Shown here: in pieces, positions 14,192 to 27,018 of the stretch
Numbering within the stretch: the stretch's first letter is position 1
Layout: the number at the start of each line of letters is the position of its first letter
NCBI GenBank assembly: GCA_964016885.1
Contig: OZ024740.1
Coordinates: 181,908,001 to 181,972,000 of the forward strand
DNA: 64,000 nucleotides
Reading direction: 5' to 3'
From: Eledone cirrhosa
Lineage: Eukaryota
Made by a program: the position numbers and the translations under genes
Notes under the pieces: generated by a model
What the model was told of the DNA's origin: nothing
The model's database searches: none
The model's input: the letters and a program-made list of their open reading frames with translations, nothing else

Positions 14192-14390
14192 AAAATAATT
14201 GTTTCTACTTTAGGCACAAGGCCAGCAACTACCCAGTGCATTACTGGTACTTTATTTTATCGACCACGTAAGGATGAAAGGCAAAGTCAACCTCGGCGGG
14301 ATTTGAACTCAGATCGTAAAGGGACGTAACTATGCTGGAAAGCATGGCGTCTGACCATCTACCGATACTGCCAATCCACCGCCAATCCTA
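14192..14390 (-). mobile_element. SINE family B
   Basis: Near-complete copy of the family; B-box-like gagttcaaatccc. Confidence 0.8.
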
Positions 14391-14724
14391 TATTAATAAT
14401 AATATTCGATTTGTTTGCAATTATGCAAACAATCCATGCAGTAGAATGAGCCCCTCATTATTGCTCTTGTGTTGACATATAAACAAGACTGCAGACAACA
14501 ATATTTCTGGGTGATTACCCTTTGTCAGTGCAGTTCACTTTTAAACTGTCAAATGTTAGAGCTACTGAAAATATACAATGACTGATTGCCTCATTTGCAT
14601 ATTGGTGTCTGCAGTTCTGTTTATATGCCAACACAAAAGCAAGAATGGGGGGCTAATTCTACTGACATGGCTTAAAATAGGCCTGTTTGCATAATTGCAA
14701 ACGAATCGAATACTATTATTAATA
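14391..14724. mobile_element. Fold-back/MITE-like element with long imperfect terminal inverted repeats
   Basis: tattaataat.tattcgattt.gtttgcaattatgcaaaca... pairs with ...tgtttgcataattgcaaacgaatcgaatactattattaata over ~115 bp; no ORF. Confidence 0.7.
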
Positions 14725-14792
14725 TTCTAAAAGCTCAGATTACATTTATTGTATTCAGGCATGTAGAATGATAACTTTTTTTGATTAGTTAT

Positions 14793-14857
<65 letters not shown>

Positions 14858-15068
14858 GTATAATAAGGATAAATCTAGATGTATACAATGTATATTGATT
14901 AAGTTACTCAATACGGAAAGATCAATAAACATTGAGCTCAGAGCATATTTTATACAAATTTAAACAACATACCAAAAGGCTTACATATGGAGCACTTGGC
15001 AAGCTCAGCCTGAAAATACAATTATTTTACTGTATACTAGTGGGAGGTTGCTAGTATATATATATATA

Positions 15069-15380
15069 TTAGAGCATTGGGCTTGCAATCGAAAGGTTGT
15101 GAGTTCAATTCTCAGACCGGGTGATGTGTTGTTTCCTTGAGCAAGACACTTTATTTCACATTGCTCCAGTTTACTCAGCTGTAGAAATGAGATGATAGGA
15201 CTGGGATCCCCATCATTCCACTGCAAAGTGATCGTGGAGGTGCCACAGCAAAAAAAGTACCCAGCACTGACTGTAAATGAGGTTGGTGTTAGGAAGGGCA
15301 TCCAGCTGTAGAAATCAAGCCAGAATCAGTTCCCGTCCCACCCTTGCAAGCAGGGAAAAGCATGATATAAAATGATATAA
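15069..15380 (+). mobile_element. SINE family A
   Basis: High identity to 10737-11050. Confidence 0.85.
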
Positions 15381-15382
15381 TG

Positions 15383-15414
<32 letters not shown>

Positions 15415-15418
15415 GCAC

Positions 15419-15461
<43 letters not shown>

Positions 15462-15464
<3 letters not shown>

Positions 15465-16183
15465 AGTAGAATAATCGAGTATCGAAAAATCGGCGCACGA
15501 GTTCACGATAAACAAAATTCGATATGAGCGGCAGAGTGCTCCATAATTTAGATAAATCAGAGCTATAACTATCGTTAAAATACCGTCACACACAGAACAA
15601 GTCTATAATCAACCGTACGATCGAAAATTTGCGATCCGGAAGATTCGGGACACTCAGATAAAAAATCAATAAATCAATAAATTAAATGAATGTAAAAAGC
15701 ATACCCGGACCCGCTAGGAAGATGTTAAATCTAGCTTCATGGGTTTCTGTAAATTCTTAAACTGTTCTCTATCAGCTCACATAAAAATATATAAGACTTC
15801 TAGATACCAGTGGACAGGAAAATTTACTTCTTCAACGAGCTTTGTCCAAACGAATGAAATGGCATAACCCAAGCTAAATACGCACATGGAATTCGGCAAG
15901 GGAGATAACCTCTACATCCGCGAAAAATATTCGGGAAAATGTGGAAATACACATATCGAATAAGAGTGCTCAATAGACATGTTAAAATAAACAGGAGCTA
16001 TTCATCATTTAATAGAATCGACAAAAAATGAACAATAAAATTAACTGGTCAATAGCTAGGTCTAGAGCTAAATATAGTAGAATAATCGAGTATCGAAAAA
16101 TCGGCGCACGAGTTCACGATAAACAAAATTCGATATGAGCGGCAGAGTGCTCCATAATTTAGATAAATCAGAGCTATAACTAT
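15462..16183 (-). mobile_element. Non-coding mini-PLE/retrozyme-like unit (611-bp period, ~110-bp direct terminal repeat) in (TA)n
   Basis: 15462-15572 equals 16073-16183; contains the HHR at 15703-15840; no meaningful ORF. Confidence 0.75.
15703..15840 (-). ncRNA. HHR-like motif with extended stems II and III (core TTGAAGA)
   Basis: gctcg TTGAAGA a gtaaatttt...agaatttac a GAAA ccc..gctag..ctagc ggg TC cgggt. Confidence 0.6.
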
Positions 16184-16323
16184 ATATATATATATATATG
16201 TAGGAGGTGAGTTTTATTGTAGTACAATAAAGTAATGCAGATATCGGATAAGAAGCACTCTACAGTTTGTAGGACTGGAGTATACATAATATAAGATCAA
16301 AAGATGGTTAAAGGAGTTCCATG

Positions 16324-16394
16324 TATTTTATTATGCGCATTTCAAAAACAAACATCATCATGCAATAATATTTGTGTTTTCATCAGATAAAACA
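16324..16394 (-). ncRNA. Minimal type I HHR in the PLE-1 pLTR
   Basis: tgttttat CTGATGA aaacacaaat...atgtttgtttt t GAAA tgcgca TA ataaaata; palindromic stem III. Confidence 0.8.
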
Positions 16395-17578
16395 GGAGAA
16401 CATGATATGAAGGCTAAAAAACACTTGTGGATAGTGCAGTTTTAAATCAACATATGAAAGGTGGTTTTAGATTGATGTGTGATATTGGGAAAAATATTTT
16501 ATTTAGAGAGGGGGGGGTGGAAAGGATGAAAAAGAGGAGGAGATGAGAGTGAAGGTGGAGAGGGAGAGATGGGTGATAGCGAGAAAGAGATAGTTTTTAT
16601 AACTGAGAGAAGATATATTGTTTTACATAGAGAGGTTGAAAACCGTTGGAAGATGATGTATAAATTAAAAGAATTTGAAAATTAACGAAGGGAAAAATAT
16701 GTACGAGGAAAAAATATTTTATTTAGGGAGGGGGGGGGGCGGTGGAAAGGATGAAAAAAGGGGAGGAGATGAGAGTGAAGGTGGAGAGGGAGAGATGGGT
16801 GATAGAGAGAAAGAGATAGTTTTTATAACTGAGAAAAGATATATTGTTTTACATAGAGAGGTTGAGAACCGTTGGAAGATAATGTATAAATTAAAAGAAT
16901 TTGAAAAGTAACGAAGGGAAAAATATGTACGAGGAAAGAGATGGGAGTTTATGTATGAAGATAGAGAGAAAAAATAATAGTTGCGGATGAATATTCTAAC
17001 GTCAAAAAGGTGTATGTTGATAAGTATTGTGGCAATTTCAAAATTAACGAAGAGAAAAAATGTTTAAGGTTTGTGTGTAGAAGGATTTGAGAAAAATAAT
17101 GTGAAGTTAAAGTTTGTATATTGAAGGAATTGATGATATGTGCGAAGAAAGAGTTAATATGTATTAAAAAATTATTAAGGTTTGTGTATTAGATGATTTG
17201 AGAAAAATAATGTGAAGTTAAGGTTTGTATATTGAAGGAGTTGATAATATGTGCGAAGAAAGAGTTAATATGTATTAAGAATGAGTTCGTTGATGGGGAG
17301 AAAAAAATAATAAATTAAGGATGAAATTGAGATTAAAAAGTTTTATGATAGAGAGAAAAAATAATAATAATTGCGGATGAATATTCTAACGTCAAAAAAA
17401 CAAATGTATATGTTATGAAGGATTTTACAAGGTGAAGATAGAATGAGGGTAATGAGTAAACAAGTATTATAGAGTGTATAATGCCCTTTGAAGTAAGGTA
17501 GGAAGATGGGTATATTTTAAAGAGGTGTATGTATATGTGCCTTTGAGAAAAGATTCTAAATTGATAAAGAATTGAATA

Positions 17579-19964
17579 TTAGCTGTATACTTTGTGAAAA
17601 GTCCTATGGAATTTATGCAGGCAGATAGAAAACAAATCTGTACGTCTATTTATTATAGAATCTAGATTAGAGATAATGGTAAATTTTTAATTTAGGCAGA
17701 GATTACAGATTTTAGATAGAGAGCTGTTCAAGTATGAGAATGCAGAAGAAACCTTCTTCCAAAAGATGGTATATTTAATGTTTTTGTCTTTCAAGGACCA
17801 TATGAGTTCTGAGAGAGCCGTGTTGGTTCTTTTAAGTTTGTATTTAAAAGATGAATGGTGATTATAGAGACGAGCTTTAAAAGAGGTGGAAGTGGAGCCA
17901 AAATAGGTGAAGGAATTGGTGCTAGTTATAACTTTACATTCATAAATTAAGTTTTTATCAAGACAATGGTTGTTGAGAGGACATTTATTTTTAATGCGGC
18001 AGTTGCAATTAGAGAGATTATTAATGAGTGACCTAGTGTTATCTATAGAAGGAATTGGATTGGAGAAGTTGTTTGCGATAGGAATAATAGGAATAATAGT
18101 TTCTTGATTTAGAGTTGGATTATGAACATTTAGCGAAGTTGTGTTTGACGTTGTATTTGGGTTTACAGAAGTTAGCCTAGGGTTTACAATGACGTCGGGA
18201 GTACTATTACTGTTATTATGAAATTCAATGTTGGAAGGAAGAGATTTAGTATTTAGTATTTTATTGTTGTGTTTAGAGATGATGTTGGAAATATTGGAGG
18301 ATGTAGAATAAGAAAATTTGATGGTGTGTTTGTTAAATATTTCACTATAGATATGTGAGGGAGGGAAGCATTTATTTAAGGCACTAAAAAATAATTTAGG
18401 AATATTGTTATTAATAGAGATGGAGAAAGGAGCATTATACCAGATTATGTTTTTGTATCTAGGTCTTTTATTAAAATTATTGGAATGATCATGATTAATT
18501 ATTCTACTGTAAGTTTTTCTAGAATTTGTTTCTTTACTATATTTGATTTTATCTGGATAGCCGGCTTTAGAAAGTGCGTTATTATAGTAATTGGCGTTAG
18601 CATCAAAGATGTTTTTATTAGAAGATATGTTAGATATTCTTTTTCCAATATTACTAACTATAGCATTCTTGATATTGGTAGGATGGTTAGATTTAAAGTT
18701 AACATAATTTAGGTTCTCATTGTTTTTATGGTAAGGGTAATATAGGCCAGTGTCAAGATTAAGAGATACATCCAAGAAATTAGCTAGTTTGATACTATTA
18801 TCAAATTCAATTTTTAGGTTATGTTGGTTAAAGAGATTACGTATATTGTTCTTAATAATATTAAGGTTAACTATATTGCAATTTAAGATAGTAAAGAGTC
18901 CATCGTCACGATAAATTCCACCGCGAAGTTGAGGAATTTTCCGACTCAAAGAGTTCAAAATAAAGATACCAATTAAATCAGTCAATTGGGATGAATCGGA
19001 TGCTCCCATTGTGATGTCGAAGTTGTTAAAGGTATCGGCTCTGGTCCAATATTCGTTGTTGAACTCTAGGATGGTTTTACGTGCGGTGAGGATGATGTGA
19101 AGTTCATCTGTGGTGATGTCAGAATATTTAAGTGCGAAAGATAGAGCATTATTGAGAAGTGAAGGCGAAATGGAGGAATAGTAGCTGGCAATATCAAATT
19201 GAATAAATTTTAGTTTGTTTTTATTATCCAATTTGTTGAACCAGCCAATCACTTCAGAGGTACCAAACCATAAATTTAGGTTCAAAGAAGAGCAATTAGA
19301 ACTAACCTGTGGGATAATTCTATCCAAGATGGCTTTACTAACAACCCCCAGATCAGATTTAGAGGGGGCGATTAATCTAACAGGTAGTTCAGTGCGAAAA
19401 TTGTTTTTGTGATCCTTGAGATTTATCCTTGGAGTTCTTGGGAGGAATGGTTCGGTCTTTTTTTCAATGCCAAGTTTTGACATAATCTCAGAGGCTTCAA
19501 GGTTTATGTATTCTAAATTTTCATGGTTGGTTTTACGATACTTTTTCCTAAGTTCATTTAGGATAAGGTTGTTATAATTATCCTTGGAAATATCATATAA
19601 GTTATTGGTTTTGTCAGAGTGGACTAAAATATTTTTTGAGGAATTTAGGTTAGAAATTGTGTTCTTGAGATTTACAAGGTGCTCTTGTCCTTTGTAAGGG
19701 TATCTCTTGAATTTAAGATTTTTTATTATTTTAGTTAATTCTTCCTCGAATTGTACTAGATTTTTGTTGGAAGGAGGATTTCGTCTAGAATTAAATAGAT
19801 GATCAAGGAAGTTATGTTCTTTGGTATGGAAGTTCCCTTTTAGGCGCTGGTCATAGAAATAGGCTGTCCATCTAAGTCTTCTTACGAAGGAGTCAGTTCT
19901 TTCAATAAGAAGTTTGGTGAATTCAGATGTCTTTAGTTGAATTGGTTATGTTGTAATAATCCAT
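17579..19964 (-). pseudogene. PLE RT + C-terminal GIY-YIG polyprotein (Hydra-clade-like), disrupted
   Basis: RRLRW, SDKT, LKDHK..RLIAPSKSDLG, FDI..YY, TMGASDS, YRDD, FLDVSL, CNCRIKNKCPLNNHCL, LIY..YFG, CNLC. The frame is open from ~19930 to 17687. There is a frameshift after MDYYNITNSTKDI and a TAA at the catalytic Glu position. Confidence 0.9.
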
Positions 19965-21881
19965 GTTGTAGAAGAAGAGGTAAAAGACCATCAAAAGGTA
20001 TCCAATATGAGAGTAAGCGCTCAACCGTTAAGGAGCAAGTTAATGTAGGAAGGCTAAAAAACACTTGTGGATAGTGCAGTTTTAAATCAACATATGAAAG
20101 GTGGTTTTAGATTGATGTGTGAAATACAACGTCAAACACAACTTCGCTAAATGTTCATAATCCAACTCTAAATTAAGAAACTATTATTCCTATCGCAAAC
20201 AACTTCTCCAATCCAATTCCTTCTATAGATAACACTAGGTCACTCATTAATAATCTCTCTAATTGCAACTGCCGCATTAAAAATAAATGTCCTCTCAACA
20301 ACCATTGTCTTGATAAAAACTTAATTTATGAATGTAAAGTTATAACTAGCACCAATTCCTTCACCTATTTTGGCTCCACTTCCACCTCTTTTAAAGCTCG
20401 TCTCTATAATCACCATTCATCTTTTAAATACAAACTTAAAAGAACCAACACGGCTCTCTCAGAACTCATATGGTCCTTGAAAGACAAAAACATTAAATAT
20501 ACCATCTTTTGGAAGAAGGTTTCTTCTGCATCCTCATACTTGAACAGCTCTCTATCTAAAATCTGTAATCTCTGCCTAAATTAAAAATTTACCATTATCT
20601 CTAATCTAGATTCTATAATAAATAGACGTACAGATTTGTTTTCTATCTGCCTGCATAAATTCCATAGGACTTTTCACAAAGTATACAGCTAATATTCAAT
20701 TCTTTATCAATTTAGAATCTTTTCTCAAAGGCACATATACATACACCTCTTTAAAATATACCCATCTTCCTACCTTACTTCAAAGGGCATTATACACTCT
20801 ATAATAATTGTTTACTCATTACCCTCATTCTATCTTCACCTTGTAAAATCCTTCATAACATATACATTTGTTTTTTTGACGTTAGAATATTCATCCGCAA
20901 TTATTATTATTTTTTCTCTCTATCATAAAACTTTTTAATCTCAATTTCATCCTTAATTTATTATTTTTTTCTCCCCATCAACGAACTCATTCTTAATACA
21001 TATTAACTCTTTCTTCGCACATATTATCAACTCCTTCAATATACAAACCTTAACTTCACATTATTTTTCTCAAATCATCTAATACACAAACCTTAATAAT
21101 TTTTTAATACATATTAACTCTTTCTTCGCACATATTATCAATTCCTTCAATATACAAACTTTAACTTTACATTATTTTTCTCAAATCCTTCTACACACAA
21201 ACCTTAAACATATTTTCTCTTCGTTAATTTTGAAATTGCCACAATACTTATCAACATACACCTTTTTGACGTTAGAATATTCATCCGCAACTATTATTTT
21301 TTCTCTCTATCTTCATACATAAACTCCCATCTCTTTCCTCGTACATATTTTTCCCTTCGTTAATTTTCAAATTCTTTTAATTTATACATTATCTTCCAAC
21401 GGTTCTCAACCTCTCTATGTAAAACAATATATCTTTTCTCAGTTATAAAAACTATCTCTTTCTCTCTATCACCCATCTCTCCCTCTCCACCTTCACTCTC
21501 ATCTCCTCCCCTTTTTTCATCCTTTCCACCGCCCCCCCCCCCCCTCCCTAAATAAAATATTTTTTCCTCGTACATATTTTTCCCTTCGTTAATTTTCAAA
21601 TTCTTTTAATTTATACATCATCTTCCAACGGTTTTCAACCTCTCTATGTAAAACAATATATCTTCTCTCAGTTATAAAAACTATCTCTTTCTCTCTATCA
21701 CCCATCTCTCCCTCTCCACCTTCACTCTCATCTCCTCCTCTTTTTCATCCTTTCCACCACCCCCCCTCTCTAAATAAAATATTTTTCCCAATATCACACA
21801 TCAATCTAAAACCACCTTTCATATGTTGATTTAAAACTGCACTATCCACAAGTGTTTTTTAGCCTTCATATCATGTTCTCC

Positions 21882-21952
21882 TGTTTTATCTGATGAAAAC
21901 ACAAATATTATTGCATGATGATGTTTGTTTTTGAAATGCGCATAATAAAATA
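21882..21952 (+). ncRNA. Minimal type I HHR (inverted-arm copy)
   Basis: Same sequence as the 16324-16394 motif, on the + strand. Confidence 0.8.
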
Positions 21953-24354
21953 CATGGAACTCCTTTAACCATCTTTTGATCTTATATTATATATATATAT
22001 ATATATATTTGTATGTATGTATGCATGCAATTATGTGTGTGTCAGTTTCTCTTTGTGTTTTCACTTTGTATAAACAAGTCCCACTACATAGAAATACAAC
22101 ATGTGAAGAACAGTATCTTAAACATAAACAAATAAAGGGGTCACATCAATAAGGACATCAGGTTGGAGAATACTATCTCAAAATGCTTCAGCCAACCCTT
22201 GGTAGACTAGGAAAATACATGAAAATACAAACAATCATCATCATCGTTTTCCACGGTAGCATGGGACGGGCTGTCCGTTTTGGAGATAATCAGGTCAGAG
22301 GACCATGTTTAGTTCACCTGGGGCTGACTTTTGCTTGGTTTCTACAGCTGGATGCCCTTCCTAACGCCAACCACATTTACAGTGTGTGAAAATAATTGTG
22401 AATAATGTGTTATGGTTTTGAATCATAGTAATTCTTCCACAAATCAGTATCCTTAACTAGAATACAATACACAGCAAATCAAACACTCTATTTTTTATAT
22501 ATAAATAAGGATTGTTTCCCAATTTAATTCAATAGTCTTCATTTATCAGTGTGGCACCTATATATAAAGCGATGCAGTTGTGTGCATGAAATACATGTGA
22601 GAAATCAATCATTTTTGTGTGTGTTTCTTTTATTGTTAAGTGAGTGGAAAGACCCTTTATATTTACTAGGACTGAGATTGAAGGGATGAAGTTCACTTCA
22701 GCTCAGAGATCTATTCTGAATGCTTGCTACATAATGAACTCTGTTTAAAGCACCAAAGGACTTGGTTGTTGTGTTAAATCAAGCAATGGATTGTGATTAT
22801 CACTTCAGAACTCAGAAACCAAAAGACCTGGAACAAATATCTCAAAGCACCTTAACCAATGCTCTCACAATTCTGCAAATCTAATGGCACGTTATTTTAT
22901 TGACCCCAAAAGGGTGAAAAGCAGAATTGATTTTGGCAGCATTTGGATTTTGGGGTCAGAAAGTCAGAACAAATGTCACAAAATAGTCATCCTCTGCTCT
23001 AATGATTCATCATGATAACCATTTCACATCTGTTTTCCATGTTGGCAGGGGTTGGTTGGATCATTACTGTCAGAGACTAGACTGGTTAGAGAAACATGTC
23101 TTGCTAATATGTTTAATATTCGGCAAGTTTTCTCATGGCTGGATGCCCTTCCTTGTACAAACTACTTTACAGAGTGCAATGGGTGCATTACATCATGGCA
23201 ACAGCACCAACATATTAGAAAGAATCTATCAAAATAAAAGTCTTCTACAAAATATAACAGTGAAGAATCATTAGTTTATATGTCTTCATTGGACATTTGT
23301 TTATACTTTTGGTATCCTTATAGTTTGAAAATACAAATTAATATTGTTATTATTACTACTAATCGAATTTTGCGAATTTGCTTGGATTTATTTCTTTATT
23401 TATATCTATCAGCAATTTTATGTATCAAATAATTATCTTTATTATCTAAGAAAAGTTTATTCATTGGTTTTCTTATAGTAAAATATTGTTTTACAAGCCA
23501 ACATTATTGATTTTTGGCTTACTGCTTTTATTTTCATTTTGTATTTTCATTTTTTAAAATCCTTATTAATCAAGTGAGTGAATATGTTTAGTGAAAATAT
23601 GCTTGAATGTGTTTAAACATCTGTAATGTAATTGATTAAATTTTACAGATAATGTGAGCTGTATAGCATTGGAATTGTTCTTTATCTTGGTGTCCAATTA
23701 AATTTAACTTTATTCATTAGCCATTGTCTGTATATGATGTCAGGCTGAAATTTCAATTTTAAATCTATAAGAGAATCAATATTTAACAACTCTATTGATA
23801 ACAACCTACCACAGTGTTCAATGGTATAAAAATATCTTTTTTAAAAGTGTTTGCATTTAATTTCAACCTTTCGTCATGATTTTATCTAAGAAGCTTTTGT
23901 TAAGTTATGTTCCAAACACTTGGGTTGATAATGGAAAAGTTATGTATTTTTACCAAATCCCTTGCAATTCCTGATTAAGTTTATAGACAATGGATTTGAT
24001 AATATGTTCACAATGGGTTAAAATTATTAATACCTGTATAAAATCAGATATTTTCAATATTGAAATTTATAACTCATAATCTTAGATTTGTTGTTGTTTA
24101 GATTCAGGTCAGTTCTGATCAGGCTGACATGGTTAAAGATTTTCTATTCATGCTTATTCCAAACTTTTTCAGGCATACAGTAGTTGCTGGCATGCCTGTG
24201 TGGTTAAGAATTTTTGTTTATATCTACATTGTTTCAGATCCTTTCTTCATATCTCTCTACTTCGTACCTTGGCCAAGCATGTTCTCCACTATACCCTCTA
24301 GATAACTATTGGCTTGTGAGTAAATTTGGTAGATGGAATCTGTTGAAAGCATGT

Positions 24355-24394
<40 letters not shown>

Positions 24395-24492
24395 CTTGTA
24401 TGTATGTAAAAGGTAAACAGAAATATCAAGGCAAACAAAACAGTACATTGAAGAAATATATTATTTTAATGCTTGAAATAGCAGGAAAAGTG

Positions 24493-24527
24493 TCTTAACG
24501 TTTCGGACATAGTCCTTCATCAGAATA
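24493..24527 (-). ncRNA. Minimal HHR motif in a probable PLE pLTR remnant
   Basis: CTGATGA a ggac tat gtcc GAAACGTTA; stem I is weak. Confidence 0.55.
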
Positions 24528-26835
24528 GTTAGGAATAGAAGATAAAATAGAAAGATAATGAGTGAGAAGAGGAAAGAATGGAGGGAAAGGAAGAAAAAAT
24601 GGGGAAAAAATATGTGCATATTCGGTCAACCATTTTGGAGATTTGCTGGTCAAGGTGTATCTTACATGTAAGAGAGGTTTAGGAAAGGAGGTAATCAAGG
24701 TGTATGTAAGGTGGACATGTGTATATGTGTGTGTCAATGTGTGTGGGTGAGCATGTGCATGTGAACTGACAAGGTAAGGGGATGTACAAGAATGTATATG
24801 AATTTCTACATATGCATACATACACTCACACACATAGAAGCAGCCGAGATGAGCTGTGTAGAAAGAAGGTGGTAGTAAAGGAATGTTGATGTTTTACTAT
24901 GAATCAGCCCTGATCAACCAAATTTATTATCAAAAGTGTGCCAATCATGGGCATCTCATCTTTATGCACATATTGGTTATTCAGGACCACATCATTGAAT
25001 GTTAGCATGGTACAGTTTTTAGAAAGTCAAGCAACTTTACAAAAGCTTTCATTTTAGTTGGACAAATCTCTTCATTGCTACTATTGTTAATCTCAAGTCA
25101 GCCCTGATTTAGACTTATTTATGATCAAAGGCATTCCAACTTTGACAATCTCAACTTTTTTCTTTTCAACATAGTGTCTTTAGTTGCATATTATCCAATG
25201 TAGCTTTTTTAAAAAGCTGTATAGTATAATTTAAGGAAGATCCTGCTGTTAATTCTAGCAAGTCTACTGACTGCATAGGCTCATATTCTCATTCACTAAG
25301 GGCTTGGGCTTTTAGTTCATTCATAATTCATATAATTACCACTGCAGTAGTTTGTATCTAAATGAAATAATCATGTCAGTATGAAAATATTTTACTAATT
25401 TATTGTACTATCGTTGCATCTGAAGACTATGAGCTGATCTAATAGAATGTGCTACAAATAGCAGCCAAATCTCCCTTACACTATTCTATTATCTTTAAAG
25501 ATAATGGACCCATTGGATAAGGTAGAATTAGATGGCTGCGAAAATCAAACGATGAAATTTTTCCATTTGGTCTGAATTTGTTTATAAGTTTGCTTTATCC
25601 GAGCTGATACAAGGCAAACGAACAATTTGAACTTGTAAGAAAGACTTATTATCAGGTGCTGAGCATTGAACTCCTATAAGTTGTTATGCAAACAAGAGAT
25701 GAAACTTATTTAATATAGTATACCAGTCTGAGACAATTTAAGAGCTGTTCTTTCTCAACTAAATGAATTAACTCTTAATGTCCATGAAACCATATTAACA
25801 AAGCATTCTTGCAAAGTAGCACACAGCACTGTGACTACAATATATTAAACATTGTCTTTAATTTAATACTGCAAATTTGCCTTTCATCTATTCAAAGCCG
25901 ATTAAAAATTTGTCAGCCCAGTACTAGGGTCGATTCTTCCTCTATATTTCTTTCTCACTTCCTCACTCTCTCACTCTCTATCCTTTCCTAGAAGAAATCT
26001 GTTGTATTCCGACCTGGAGTGGAGATGGGCTCTGCCAGATTTAAAGGTGCCCTAGAAATGCTGTATGTCAATAAGTTGCCTCTACAACTTCTTTGTCAGA
26101 AGTTATGTGGCCATACATACACATTGTTATATACAGGTACATATAATGTACATGATGTACTAAAAAATAATAGAACATATATTTATATCTTTTTAATTGA
26201 CATACCCTCTAGTATATTTAGGTAAATAGGTAAGTTGTTTAACATCTTCCTGTTTAAGGGTTACTCTGCCGAGTGGTTACAGGGAACAGAATGGTGAAGA
26301 CATTTTCTCAGAGGATGGCGAGTGGGATGCACTGAAACAGCCATTCCAACTCACAGTGGTAAGTCATTTTGTGGGTACACAACTCCGCTCTGATAGCAGT
26401 GAGTAGGGATGTTGTCCAAGGGCCCAAAAAGCCACTATAATTGGAAATATGTGGGTCCCCTCAGAATATGACTAGTGACCCATCTGGCCTGGTCTGACTG
26501 TTACTCACTAGCAATATAGAGATATACAGAGGAAAACACCCATAATTGAATGTGAACTCATGAAACATAATGACAAACTAGTAAAATATGTCAAAATTTA
26601 CCTGGCCACTAGTTATACCTAAAACACTAAATCAATAATTAGATTTTCTGAAAAGATGTATGAATCATCTGCGAAGTTATAAGGTGTTTCACATGATTCA
26701 ATTACTTCAAATTAGTAACTGAATAAACACAAGGAAATGAGTTTGGTGTTAGTTTACAATTGAAATGTAATTGTTATTTTAGAGATTCCATGCAATCCTT
26801 ACTATATCACTATCATTATTGGATGCATTATTGGA

Positions 26836-27018
26836 TTGGCAGTATCGGTAGAGGGTCGGACGCCATGCTTTGCAGCACAGTTACGTCCCTTTACGAACTG
26901 AGTTCAAATTCCAGCGAGGTTAACTTTGCTTTTCATCCTTATGGGGGTCGATAAAATAAAGTACCAGTAATACACTGGGATAATTGCTGGCCTTGTGCCA
27001 AAAGTAGAAACAATTATT
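26836..27018 (+). mobile_element. SINE family B
   Basis: Near-complete copy with the ttgtgccaaaagtagaaacaattatt end. Confidence 0.8.

Larger units (their letters stand above)
16198..21990. mobile_element. PLE-1: near full-length minus-strand element (16198-20122) plus a head-to-head inverted 3' arm (20123-21990), flanked by (TA)n
   Basis: 20123-21990 is the near-perfect reverse complement of ~16285-18157. The pLTR piece 20050-20122 repeats 16410-16482. Confidence 0.95.

Noticed and set aside
16675-16911. 78/79-aa ORFs (also 21360-21599)
   Set aside because: Antisense reading of the purine-skewed duplicated PLE-1 3' UTR.
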